From positions 2,232,001-2,296,000 of the forward strand of contig NW_025766002.1 of assembly GCF_003918875.1 (NCBI RefSeq): DNA of 64,000 bases. Direction: 5' to 3'. Numbering within the stretch: position 1 is the stretch's first letter; each line of letters opens with the position of its first letter. Positions 12,767-25,663 of this stretch are shown in pieces. The position numbers and the translations under genes are program-made. Under the pieces are notes generated by a model, which worked only from the letters and a program-made list of their open reading frames with translations, did no database searches and was not told where the DNA came from. Origin of the DNA: Haliotis rubra. Lineage: Eukaryota.

Positions 12767-14250
12767 TGCTCATGGTGGATGGAACTGCAGCACACAAACT
12801 AAATATGCGGCCTTGACCTGTGTTAAAGGTCACCTTGACCTTACTATGTCCCACATGACAGCTTGACCTACTATATGGGTCACCTTGACCTTATCTATTT
12901 GTCACATACTTGTTAAGGAGTTACAGCTTGACTTTGAAATGTATTTAGTTTTGTTAAGGTAACCTTAGTGTTAAGGGTTACATGATGTCCTGTGTACTTT
13001 ACTTATATCTAGAGTCATCAGCTACATCTGCCACATTGACCATGTTAACCAATGTAATGATGTCCTTACTATGTCCAACATGACAGCTTGACCTACTATA
13101 TGGGTCAGATTGATCTTTGCCTTGGGTCACCTTGACCTGCTATGTTTGTCACCATGGTCTGTCTAAAGGAGGGTCTTGACCTTGGTATTATAGTTGTGAT
13201 GTCATCAAAGGTCTTTCATTTACATCCACATGAAGGGGACTTCCAATTATATTTGAGTTTTTATGAAAGCAAAACCAAAATTTGCTTGGATTATTCTGGT
13301 ATTAAGCATGCTTCGTACTGTAGCTTGTAACAGGATATGCTTGATGTGCTTTATGAGATTTGGGAGCTGAAAATGAACGACCCCCATAACACTCACACAT
13401 TTTGTGGGATTCAGAGTCAGAATACCCCTCCACCAAGTATATCATCATAGATCCCTTCAAATATGGACTCGGGTTGTAGTGTGACCTGACTGACTGTATG
13501 TCATGCCAAAGCATCTTTGTTATTTCTCTAGCTCTGGACCAGTGGTTCGCACAGGCTGATGTCATGTTCGAGATACTGCAGACTGTTGCATTTCACAACA
13601 CTAAGTCAATTGATGGCATTGAGTTTGGCTCGCTCTAATTTTTGTCCCCAAGGAAATTGCTACTGTTTGAAAGAAAACAAACTTAAACAATCTACGACTT
13701 TACACATTTGTCACTATGTTTAACATTCATTGTACCATTCATCATAATAACATTCTAGAGTGAGAGTTTATATACTGACAGAGACATTGTTTTGAAAAAA
13801 TACCAATAACGTTTGTATTTTATAACACTGATAAACAATATAGAGGCATATATGTTTTCAGTTTTGCAGGTGTTATGGAGCTGTTTCCAGATGAACAGCA
13901 GGTAATCTTATCCCAGTTGGTAGACAGATGCTCATGATGTAAATCACTGGATCATCCGGTCACAGCTCGACATAATATAGCTGGAATATTGCTGTGTGTG
14001 GTGTTAAGCAACAAACAAAACACGAACACCAAGGAATCTGATTAAGATAGTGTTGTTGTCTCTTGAAGGACATTGTACCAGTGATATTCTGTATTTCATA
14101 TATGCTAATACTCACAAGCCCCATCGTTGTACGTTGTATATAAGCTCTTCTTGTTGGAGGCCACATTGGTGCATCATCGTTAAACTGTTTGTATGTTGTT
14201 GAATCAATTATTAGTTGTGTCTATGCAAAGGTTTTTATGCAGTATCAAGA

Positions 14251-14419
14251 GTGAGTGAGTAGTGAGTTGGGTTTTACGCTGCTTTTAGCAATATTCAAGC
14301 AATATCACGGCGAGGACACCAGAAATGGGCTTCACACATTTTGCCCATGTGGGGGAATTGAACCCAGGTCTTCGGTGTGACAAGCGAACACTTTAACCAC
14401 TAGGCTACCCCACCGCCCT
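14251..14419 (-). mobile_element. SINE family 1, full length
   Basis: 12-bp TSD GCAGTATCAAGA. Confidence 0.9.
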
Positions 14420-14569
14420 GCAGTATCAAGAACTAACATTTGACTTAATGAGGTTGTTTCTGGGTTATAACTCTAACAATTACTTATTTAATAAAAAAAC
14501 TTATTTAATAAAAAAATTACTTTACAGACCAATTCACAAAGTCAGAAATGAACCAAGTCAATACATGTG

Positions 14570-14713
14570 CATAGGTGGATCAAGAAATTTTCAGGGGGTG
14601 GGGGTGGGCTCTGCCATTGCAAAACATTAACTTCAATGTGGTCTTTAGTCATTTTCAATAGGGGTGGGTGGGTGTTCGAACCCCCTGAACCCCCCCTCTG
14701 GATCCCGCCACTG
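14570..14713. mobile_element. MITE (CAGTGGCGG...ATCCAG type)
   Basis: Imperfect TIRs with G-rich and C-rich subterminal runs. Confidence 0.45.
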
Positions 14714-14925
14714 ATTTGAGGCTGTTTCTGAATGATAATGTTCACATCTATTAGTGAATTTGGACCAGATTTATTGTTTGAACAGATCTAATCTCATTTT
14801 AGTCAGATCTTATACTCTGTTATATCCCTCTGTGAGTCAAGGACAACTCAGTAGACAGGTGAACTCTGAATGACCTTTTATTCTGCCAGTTGTCATGAAG
14901 GATGCGTGGATTCATTAGTGAATGT

Positions 14926-15166
14926 CAGGGGTGGAAATAACCCATTGCCCGACGTCCGAGTCCAGTGGTTTTTTCTGTCGGTCAAGCAAATTTGTATATC
15001 ACACTGTACTGGTGTCTAGTTGACTTTCCAATGTTAATTATGTTGTTTATTTAAAAAAATCAACAAGAAAACGGCCGGTATAGTGGATAAATTATCATGG
15101 CAAATGATTTTACTTGTGCCACTGTTCCAGAGTAAACTAGCAATTTTAAAGTTATTTCCACCCCTG
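14926..15166. mobile_element. MITE with CAGGGGTGGAAATAAC TIRs
   Basis: Perfect 16-bp TIR. Confidence 0.7.
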
Positions 15167-15709
15167 AATATGTTTTTGGCTTTTTAAATGATTAGTCTTC
15201 TTTTCTTCACCGCTTCATTTCAGAAATTGTGATTCTAACAGCAGAAAACCTACCTAGGACAGATATCTTCTGATGATGGTACTCTTTTTAGTGTATATTC
15301 CCTGGAGCCCAGAAACTACAAAAAACACTCAAAATTACAGTGTTAAGATAAACAGCATTCCGTCAGCAATTATCTTTAATGTGACATGCATATGGTTGTG
15401 AAGTATATTATCCCACAGCTTTGGTAACATATAATTAAATCTGACCTTTTTGTGATATACAAGCATTATAGCACCGAGGTGGTATGTATGCTATATTTAA
15501 CAAGTAATCTTGTTTGTTTTAACTCATGCTGTTCCAAAATAACTCACAATTACATGTATGAACATTTATGACATGACAGTTATTTGTTGTCAATTTCAAA
15601 GGTGCTATCACCAACTTCCACCACTGTTTTAAGGAATGAATACATTTCTTTCTGAAACATATGAATGTGTTGCTGTACTGATACAAGGAGTCAATTCTTT
15701 TCTTGCTAG

Positions 15710-16004
15710 GGCCAGACCAATTTCATTTCTTTTTTTATGGATCCGCATGGCGTATTTCTTCAAGAAGAAGAACAAAAATAAAAGTTAATTTTCCCCGCTC
15801 AAAAAATAAAATCCTAATGTTTTATTGATCAAAACTGTAAATTTACAAGAAAAGTTTTTTTTATATTGTGTTTTAACCCATATACACTTCATAAATTGCC
15901 AAAAGTAAAATACTTTTAGTATTTATTTTCATTTTTTTTCCCTCCTGCCATCAGGTTTTCTGAGGACAATAATCCATAAAACAAGAAATAAAATTGGTCT
16001 GGCC
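15710..16004. mobile_element. MITE with about 33-bp GGCCAGACCAATTT TIRs
   Basis: Clear TIRs; half copy at 8555-8700. Confidence 0.75.
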
Positions 16005-16177
16005 AAGTGAAACTTTAATACATATTCAAGGAAATTAAACAACACTGAATTCTGTCACATTATTATGGCATGGCATGACAGATTCACTATAGCAATATGA
16101 AGGTATTGGGTACTCTTTAACTTGTTCTATGTATCCTATGTCCGTGTATCCCAAGGATACAGTTTGGGTCATTCTAG

Positions 16178-16284
16178 GCCCCGTTCCTCAAAGCATTTGT
16201 AGCGCTACGTCAGTCGTAAGTCTATGTTAAAGTATGGAAGTTACGATCGTCTTAGCACTACGATCACTTTGAGGAATGGGGCCC
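16178..16284. mobile_element. Short palindromic MITE (GGCCC ends, Harbinger-like)
   Basis: GGCCCCGTTCCTCAAAG/CTTTGAGGAATGGGGCC; related fragment near 53500. Confidence 0.6.
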
Positions 16285-17144
16285 TGTTCATGGTATTCAA
16301 TCATTTATGAGTGATAACTCACAATGTGTTCCATAGGCAGCCAAACAAAATATACTCTCTAGTTTGTTATTGAGTATGAAACTTCAAGTAAAATATGATA
16401 CTTGGAGGTTTTACATAAGTTCATGATGAATTAACTCCATGAATTCAAAATGTCATTTAGGTGACCCATGAAGAAGGGAGATTATTGCTCTATATTTCAA
16501 TGTTGGCACTCATCCTTGAACTCGATACTCTTTAGATATAATATATACATTTTGTTATTTTTTTACATTCCATATTTTGTGACCAGTTTGCAGTTGTGAT
16601 ACAAGATAAGTGAATGGTTCTGAGATTTACCAGTTACCTTTGTCTAATTTGCTGCTATACATGACTGTATTATATCCAATCTACATCTATTTCATGTAGA
16701 AATAGCAGCATCTTGCTTTTGATTGATAAATATTTTTCAGTTCTTGTTTGTTTCTATTTTTGTCAAATATAAGTATTCAGGATCTCTCAATGGAATCAAT
16801 CGATCGATGCTCATGCTGTTGATCACTGGATTGTCTGGTCCAGACTTGATTATTTACAGACCACCGCCATATAGCTGGAATATTGCTGAGTGTGGCGTAA
16901 AACTAAACTCACTCACTCAATGGAATCAACATATTTTTTTTTCAGGATGATAAAATTATTCGTGATTTGACAGCGGGAAAACATATTCATGAGCTAATAA
17001 CAAAGGTGGGACAAAAGGTATCAAGATAAAAGTAATCACAAGTGTCTGGAAGCCTACAACTGTGCCAGGCAGACTCTGAACAAGAAGGCATGAAACACTT
17101 GACATAAACATTGTTTAAGTTCTGGTTTGGTTTCCATTGTTCCC

Positions 17145-17490
17145 TACCAATGAAGATTCGGGTTAAGATTGGGTGTGAAGCCCATTTCTGGTGTCCCCCG
17201 CCGTGATGTTGCTGGAATATTGCTAAAAGCGGCGTAAAACCAAACTCAGTCAGTCAGTCAGTTAAGATTGGTCTTCAGCAACCCATGCTTGTCGTAAGAG
17301 GCGACTAATGGGATCGGGTGGTCAGACTCCCTGGCTTGGTTGACACGTCATTGTATCCGAATGACATATATATGCTCATGATGTTGATCACTGGATTGTC
17401 TGGCCCAGACTCGATTGAATATATATATATATTCTGGCCCAGCTGTATATAGCTGAGACATGGCTGAGTGCTGCGTTAATCAACAAACAA
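17145..17490 (+). mobile_element. SINE family 2 with a nested 5'-truncated family 1 SINE (17173-17260)
   Basis: 11-bp TSD GTTAAGATTGG at 17162-17172 and 17261-17271. Confidence 0.85.
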
Positions 17491-17553
17491 GATCTGTTAG
17501 TCCCAATAACTAGAAGTAACCTCAAGGTCCTGCATCACTTTGTGCATTCCTCT

Positions 17554-19873
17554 TGTTTCAAACTGACTTGTGACACTATATAGAGGAAACCTGAACAAAT
17601 CTCACTCCCTGTTTCAAACTGACATGTGACACTATATAGAGGAAACCTGAACAAATCTCACTCCCTGTTTCAAACTGACATGTGACACTATATAGAGGAA
17701 ACCTGAACAAATCTCACTCCCTGTTTCAAACTGACATGTGACACTATATAGAGGAAACCTGAACAAATCTCACTCCCTGTTTCAAACTGACATGTGACAC
17801 TATATAGAGGAAACCTGAACAAATCTCACTCCCTGTTTCAAACTGACATGTGACACTATATAGAGGAAACCTGAACAAATCTCACTCCCTGTTTCAAACT
17901 GACATGTGACACTATAAAGAGGAAACCTGACACTATAAAGACATGTGACACTATATAGAAACCTGAACAAATCTCACTCCCTGTTTCAAACTGACATGTG
18001 ACACTATATAGAGGAAACCTGAACAAATCTCACTCCCTGTTTCAAACTGACATGTGACACTATATAGAGGAAACCTGAACAAATCTCACTCCCTGTTTCA
18101 AACTGACATGTGACACTATATAGAGGAAACCTGAACAAATCTCACTCCTGTTTCAAACTGACATGTGACACTATATAGAGGAAACCTGAACAAATCTCAC
18201 TCCCTGTTTCAAACTGACATGTGACACTATATAGAGGAAACCTGAACAAATCTCACTCCCTGTTTCAAACTGACATGTGACACTATATAGAGGAAACCTG
18301 AACAAATCTCACTCCCTGTTTCAAACTGACATGTGACACTATATAGAGGAAACCTGAACAAATCTCACTCCCTGTTTCAAACTGACATGTGACACTATAT
18401 AGAGGAAACCTGAACAAATCTCACTCCCTGAAACTGACATGTGACACTATATAGAGGAAACCTGAACAAATCTCACTGTTTCAAACTGACATGTGACACT
18501 ATATAGAGGAAACCTGAACAAATCTCACTCCCTGTTTCAAACTGACATGTGACACTATATAGAGGAAACCTGAACAAATCTCACTCCCTGTTTCAAACTG
18601 ACATGTGACACTATATAGAGGAAACCTGAACAAATCTCACTCCCTGTTTCAAACTGACATGTGACACTATATAGAGGAAACCTGAACAAATCTCACTCCC
18701 TGTTTCAAACTGACATGTGACACTATATAGAGGAAACCTGAACAAATCTCACTCCCTGTTTCAAACTGACATGTGACACTATATAGAGGAAACCTGAACA
18801 AATCTCACTCCCTGTTTCAAACTGACATGTGACACTATATAGAGGAAACCTGAACAAATCTCACTCCCTGTTTCAAACTGACATGTGACACTATATAGAG
18901 GAAACCTGAACAAATCTCACTCCCTGTTTCAAACTGACATGTGACACTATATAGAGGAAACCTGAACAAATCTCACTCCCTGTTTCAAACTGACATGTGA
19001 CACTATATAGAGGAAACCTGAACAAATCTCACTCCCTGTTTCAAACTGACATGTGACACTATATAGAGAAACCTGAACAAATCTCACTCCCTGTTTCAAA
19101 CTGACATGTGACACTATATAGAGGAAACCTGAACAAATCTCACTCCCTGTTTCAAACTGACATGACACTATATAGAGGAAACCTGAACAAATCTCACTCC
19201 CTGTTTCAAACTGACATGTGACACTATATAGAGGAAACCTGAACAAATCTCACTCCCTGTTTCAAACTGACATGTGACACTATATAGAGGAAACCTGAAC
19301 AAATCTCACTCCCTGTTTCAAACTGACATGTGACACTATATAGAGGAAACCTGAACAAATCTCACTCCCTGTTTCAAACTGACATGTGACACTATATAGA
19401 GGAAACCTGAACAAATCTCACTCCCTGTTTCAAACTGACATGTGACACTATATAGAGGAAACCTGAACAAATCTCACTCCCTGTTTCAAACTGACATGTG
19501 ACACTATATAGAGGAAACCTGAACAAATCTCACGCCCTGTTTCAAACTGACATGTGACACTATATAGAGGAAACCTGAACAAATCTCACTCCCTGTTTCA
19601 AACTGACAAGTGACACTATATAGAGGAAACCTGAACAAATCTCACTCCCTGTTTCAAACTGACATGTGACACTATATAGAGGAAACCTGAACAAATCTCA
19701 CTCCCTGTTTCAAACTGACATGTGACACTATATAGAGGAAACCTGAACAAATCTCACTCCCTGTTTCAAACTGACAAGTGACACTATATAGAGGAAACCT
19801 GAACAAATCTCACTCCCTGTTTCAAACTGACATGTGACACTATATAGAGGAAACCTGAACAAATCTCACTCCT
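17554..19873. repeat. Tandem array, 56-bp unit, about 41 copies
   Basis: Unit TGTTTCAAACTGACATGTGACACTATATAGAGGAAACCTGAACAAATCTCACTCCC; nearly identical copies, no spacers. Confidence 0.98.
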
Positions 19874-20214
19874 TGGGGTTGTTGGCCTGAAGGTACGGGC
19901 GTAGAAATCTCTGTATCGGCCGAAGTTGGAGCTGGCCTCTGTACGTTAAGGCATGAGCTGACGTCAGAAGGCCCCGTGGCTCCTGCCACTGTCGTAAGGT
20001 TCTCGCCTGAGACAGTGCTGGAGGAATGCATTGCTGAATCTTTATCCACCTGTCGTGAGATACAAACATCATCCCCTGACGAGTGTCGAACAGTGCTCTG
20101 ATGAATTGGAGTTTCTGAATCGATATTAGTTCCGATCCCTTGAAAGTGGAGGAAGCTCATTATGGGATTGGTAATTCAGGTAAAAAGCCATGGGGCCATG
20201 GAAATTCCAAATGG

Positions 20215-20377
20215 ACTGACTGAGTTTAGTTTTACGCCGCTTTTAGCAATATTCCAGCAATATCACGGCGGGGGACACCAGAAATGGGCTTAACACATTG
20301 TGCCCATGTGGGGAATCGAACCCGGGCCTTCGGCGTGACGAGCCAACGCTTTAACCACTAGGCTACCCCACCGCCCC
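20215..20377 (-). mobile_element. SINE family 1 inserted into the DIRS RT
   Basis: TSD AATTCCAAATGGA splits the LPFGI motif. Confidence 0.92.
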
Positions 20378-22389
20378 AATTCCAAATGGAAGGACTTTCC
20401 ATTGGTAGTGATTCCCGTTGAACACGAAGCGAAGGTACTTCTGGTGTTTTGGATGTATCAGAACGTGAAGATAAGCATCCTGAAGATCAAGGCTGATGAG
20501 GAAGTCTCCCTTCTTCAGGATGGAGCGTAAAAGGTTGATAGACACCATCCTGAAGTGAGGCGGTGGAAGGAGGAATCGGGCATTGAATAACTTCATATTG
20601 AAGATGAGCCAGAGTTTGTTGGAATTTTTCTTGGGAACCAAGAAGATGGGGGAGTAGAATCCTGGAGTGACGGCGATGGACCTAAGAGCTCTATCGCGAG
20701 TTTGACTAATAGCATACCTATTGTGGATTGCAGAGTCTGAAGCTGGTCCACAGGATATGAGCGATGAGCCGGATGTGACGTCAGAGGTGGACTGCCAATA
20801 ACGGGTAGCTGATAGCCGTAGAGTAGCAGGTGGGTGACGTACGGATCTTTGAGGAAGGTCCAATTCAGGGCGAAGATCTGCAATCTCCCGCCTAACGGAG
20901 TGTTGTAAATCGGAACGACTGGGGGTGGGAGGTCCCAGTCGTGCGATTGTCTCAAGCAGTCACTGCTTCCCGGCGCTGGTCCCTGGGCCAGAGTTGGTCC
21001 TGGGGGGCGACGGGAGGAACCACCACGACCAGGTCTTTTTCCTCTGGCACAGCCTTGAGTAGATGCGGCAAGAAAAAGATTGCGTAAAACCGGATTGGTA
21101 GGGGGGAACTGTGCAGTTCGACGCTGTTTTAATGAGTCCTGGAGCTGTGACTTCTGTATCTTTAACAGTTCAATCGCGAGTTGAAAGTGGGTTTCTTTAT
21201 CAACTTTATTAGATACTTCTTGGATGCTACCATTGAAGAGGGAGTCAGTAAACCAAGGCTGGTGAAACAGTTCTGTTTTAAAGCGCTCCTTCCATGAAGA
21301 GATGTTAAGGGGTCCACGTCAGCGAACAGCAAGAGTGTAGCCCAAAAAATGACACAACTGATCCAGGATAATTTGGAACTGGTCCAGAGCTAAAGTCATG
21401 CATCCTCGGATGAAAGCGTCTTGATCAGAGTAAGTATGCTCCAGAGCAGTGTTAACAGCGTCGACTGCTGCAATCACGCAACTAATAGATGGCAACGTCT
21501 TTCTCACGGCTGAATCCATGTGAGCCAACTCTCGGTCCTCAATAAGGTAGGGCAAAGCAGCTTGTTTGCCACACAGGGTTCCAATATCCTCATCAACTGT
21601 TGGAGCCGTAGAGATTTTTGCTAGGCCGTGGACATGAGAAGTAGAAGGATTATATCTGGGAGCAGAGAATCCGTCCTTAATTCGTTTCAGGCTCTTGAAA
21701 CCATCATTTAGTGTACTGGATAATTTCAGAATACAAGGTCGAGGTGGTAGGGTGATGGTAGACCAATCCCGGTTCCTTAGGAGTATAAGAGTGATCAAGG
21801 TTATCTGCTGAAGTACTCAAGGGAAGTTGGAGCTTCTCAACAATCCAAAGGAGTACCTGAGGTGTCTCAACTACTGCAAAGCTACCCCCCAGGGGTAGAG
21901 AACATGCGGGAGATGCATGCATGGCTATTTGGACTGGATCAATCTCAGGAGGTGGACCGGATGAAGAGCCAGGGGCTACCGAAGCCGGATGGGCTGGAGT
22001 AGAAGGCTGTATTTGGTTCCAGGCTGAGGTTATAGCCCTGTTCATCATATTTAGATCTGGAGTCGCTGTATGAGTGGGATTGTTATCAGGTTCCCATGAC
22101 TCAGCGATGATCCTAGAGTGAGTTGAAGGATTCTCAGAGCGTGTAGACAGAACATCATAAGAGACTGTAGGCCTATTATTGGTATCAGAGCAATGATCAC
22201 CCGAACGTCGGTCAGAGGAACTGTATCAAGATCTCGATGTGGTAAGTACCGAAGTAGGTTGGTAAGCCGGTGATCTGGATTCCCTAGTATGGCTAGGTGA
22301 TCCAGTATGATATGAAGAACTAGTCCGGGTCGCTGTAGTTCTAGATGGTGATCTGGTTCTGATTGGAGCTCTGGTTCGACCATCTGAAT

Positions 22390-23045
22390 AGGATCGGCCA
22401 TGAGATGTGGATCTGTACAGATGATCTGGATTTGTAAAGTGATCTGGATCGATTCGATGCACTAACTGGAAACTGTGATCGTGATCTGGATCTATAAGGT
22501 GATCTGGATCGAACAGGTGATCTGGTTTGCAGTTGCGATCTGGCTTGATTTGGTGATCTGGATCGGTTAGGTGATCTACTTAGATGTTGTGATCTGGATC
22601 GGTTCGGTGATCTGGATCGGTCTGGCGATCTACTTCGATGTTGTGATCTGGATCGGTCAGGTGACGTAGATCGGTCCGGTGATCCATTCGGTGATCTGGA
22701 TCAGTCCGGTAATCTGATTAAAAGTTGTGATCTGGATCCATTCGGTGATCTGGATCGGTCCGATGATCTACTTCGATGTTGTGATCTGGATTGGTTCGGT
22801 GATCTGGATCTGTCTGGTGATGTGATATCGAAGTTGTGATCTGGACCCGTTTGGTGATCTGGATCGGGTAGGTGATCTGGATTGATGAGGTGATGTGGAT
22901 CGTAGTTGTGCTCTGGATCGTGACTGTGATCTGGATCGGCACGGTGATCTAGATCGGGCTTGTAATGGTGATCTGGATTGTGAAGGTGATCTAGATCGTT
23001 GTGGTGATCTAAAATGATGTGTCGATCTGGATCGGCGATTAGGTG
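22390..23045 (-). repeat. GATCCAGATCAC-based coding repeat (RSRSP units) in DIRS gag
   Basis: Recurring GTGATCTGGATC on the plus strand at about 18-21-bp spacing. Confidence 0.85.
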
Positions 23046-24659
23046 ACAAAACCTGAAGTGTTGATTCATGATCAACGTCCCCCTGCGATGCTGTTGTAGC
23101 CAGCTCCGTCCGGTTCAATGAACTGTGGGGAGACAGTTGGCTGGTTGAACGCGGTTGGCCAGGCTCCAAACAAACTGAGACAGTCGAGGGGATATGTACC
23201 GATGATCTGGATGATGATATTGTCGATCTAAGGTCCCCTGGTAGTGTAGATGGGACAGGCAACAAAGAATTATCGATCACAACCACCCGCGAGTGATCTG
23301 ACGCTGTGGAAGGAGGTGACTGATGCATACGTAATAGGTGCCGAACATCCTCAGATAAGTAAGAATCTGATGAAGCGTCCATAAAATCCTCTTGAACCAC
23401 AGACGTCGCTCTCTTGCGTGAAGGTACGATTTTCTGTTGCTGTAACTTGATACACTTGGCGGGAGTGGGATCAGATTCTGTTGATTTCCTGTCCCTATCG
23501 GCGATTCCCTGGGAGCAAACACGAAGGTAGGCCTTAAAATCCTCATCTATTAGTGAATTACACTTGCCACATCGTTTGTTCCAGTTACATTGTCCAATAC
23601 AGCCACTGCAAGATGATTGAGGGTCGAGGGACGAGCATTGAGCACAAACTTTCCTTTTCCTTGACTGATTATCACCTTTCCCCATGATGTTAGGGTGAAA
23701 TAATGTCCCTAATATACAGCACGTCCACACAGTCGTGCGACAAGAAAGAGAATGATCATTCAAGGTAGTCATGTGGGCAATTAGTGGAGCATGCTGCAAG
23801 CTGTATTAGGAACTAGGAAGCTAATTAAGGAGAGCAGCATGGAGTGCACGGGCGAATGGACAAGGAGGCCTATGGAAAAAAGTTTATAGTCCTTCCACTA
23901 AAAGTCAAAGCAAGAGAGAGAGGTGCAAGTCGTGAGATAGGATAAGTTTAAAAATATGAGATTTTTAAAACCAGGACATAATTTATTGCCAATAAAATAT
24001 ATAATTACATAACTATACGTTCAAATACATGATCAAAATAATTAACAGCACCAATATCAATGATGATACTGATCATTATAAAGTATTCATCATGTACAAG
24101 TGAATTACAATAATACATCTCCACAGACAATTCCATCTGTAACACAGCCATAATCACAGAAATTTCCTTCACAGAGTGATCACATTCCTATTTCAAAACA
24201 TAGGAGTTCCTGCATACTTTAGCGAACAATCTGGCTCTCTCTAGAAATGAGAGACATATTTTTTATTTAAATGCGAGCCCCTCTATACCATAATGTGGAG
24301 AGTTGTCAGAGACCCCAATACTACACTCAGAGGTAGTGAATGTTCTCTTTAATGATTGTCATCGTCAGTGCTTCATGTTGTACACTACATTTCTTGATCA
24401 CCTGTAACAACGTATGTCTTCAGTGTAATTGTGATGTGACCATGGACAACACCAAGATGTTGACAAGACTAGTCTGTGCAAGAACTATGTGTGATCCCTT
24501 TTATGAAACGATACAGAAGTAATACACAGAGTTGATGGCCACAAGGCTTGTCCAAATGCTGCACAAGAATTCTGCAGAGGTAACTTGAGAGCTCATTGGT
24601 TTGAACACCCACTGAAGGGTGTGGCTTGCTTTGTTGGACCGATACCACCAAGTAGCTGA

Positions 24660-24826
24660 AGTGAGTGAGTGAGTATGATTTTACAGTGCTTTTAGCAATA
24701 TTCCTGCAATATCATGGCAGGGGACAACAGAAAAGGGCTTCACAAATTGTACCCATTTGGGAATCGAACCCAGGTCTTCGGTGTGACGACGCGAGCGCCA
24801 TAACCACTAGGCTACCCCACTGACCC
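24660..24826 (-). mobile_element. SINE family 1
   Basis: Consensus match; AGCTGAA flanks both sides. Confidence 0.85.
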
Positions 24827-25663
24827 TCAAAGCAGCTGAACGTATTCATAGGTAATGGAGGAATGCAGTGTGTACATGTAGTGGTGTTCAAGATTACTGC
24901 ACTTATGTCCTGACATGCAGTAAAACAGAACAACTTTGGCACTGATGTGAAGTCTCGTTAAAATCAGATCCCAGGTCTCATTAATGCCCAACAAAGTCCT
25001 GATGACATCCCATTATGATTGGCCAATCATCTGACCAAACACAGACTGGGAAAGTGACAGTCATCATGCACCCTTGTAAAGGTTAACACGGAGTATTCAG
25101 AGTGACAGTGAAAGGCTGTAAGTCTGATCCAGTCAAAAATCATCCCTTTATATCTGGATTCAGTGAGAAAAAACATTTCAAGTGACTTCACATAGCATGG
25201 AAATACTCCAATTCAATTTTGGCCACCAATCAGCCATCCTTTAGTTCAGTTTTCAAATTTTGATTTCATAACATATAAAGCGATTTCTAGAATTGAGGTT
25301 GCTAATATGGAACAATGCTGTAAAGCATGAGAATGCTGTTTTCTGATGAGCTTATGTCAACTTCTAATTATTAGTCATTTCACTGGTCGATCGAAGTTCA
25401 CAAAATGTCTTTCTGATGTGACCTGTACGGGATGTCCTCAGATTTAGATGTTGAGGTAAGGAGCATCAATATCTGATTTTATGAGACTGCATTGCTGTGA
25501 CATTTCAATTTTTAATTTTGGTTGATTATTCAAATAAACATCTAGCGATTCCACTGAAACCGCAACAGCCGACATCTCTTATACATTCAGTCCTGTTTAC
25601 TAATATCATGCACACAAGTCTCAACACACACAGTGACAAGAGTTGACCTAGCCTACACCTATG

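Larger units (their letters stand above)
19872..23990 (-). mobile_element. Decayed, 3'-truncated DIRS-type retrotransposon (gag from 23685; RT 20955-19872)
   Basis: Gag Cys finger CAQC..DPQSSCSGCIG..CGKC. RT motifs GGRLQIFALNW, GFYSPIFLVPKK, SLDLQDAYLHV, LPFGI/SMAPWLFT, RQWQ..GLL..RPIQ. Frameshifts and stops; YxDD segment deleted; RNase H and recombinase absent. The 5' boundary is approximate. Confidence 0.88.

Noticed and set aside
17554-19873. Possible CRISPR array; GTGACACTATA resembles the SP6 promoter
   Set aside because: No unique spacers and no cas genes. The SP6 match is only 11 bp, lacks ATTTAG, and there is no vector context.
19840-20160. 106-aa ORF MSFLHFQG...
   Set aside because: Out-of-frame read of the DIRS RT after an internal deletion, running into the tandem array.
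24320-25150. Possible box C/D snoRNAs on the minus strand
   Set aside because: C boxes are non-canonical and I could not identify rRNA-complementary guides; more likely 3' UTR.
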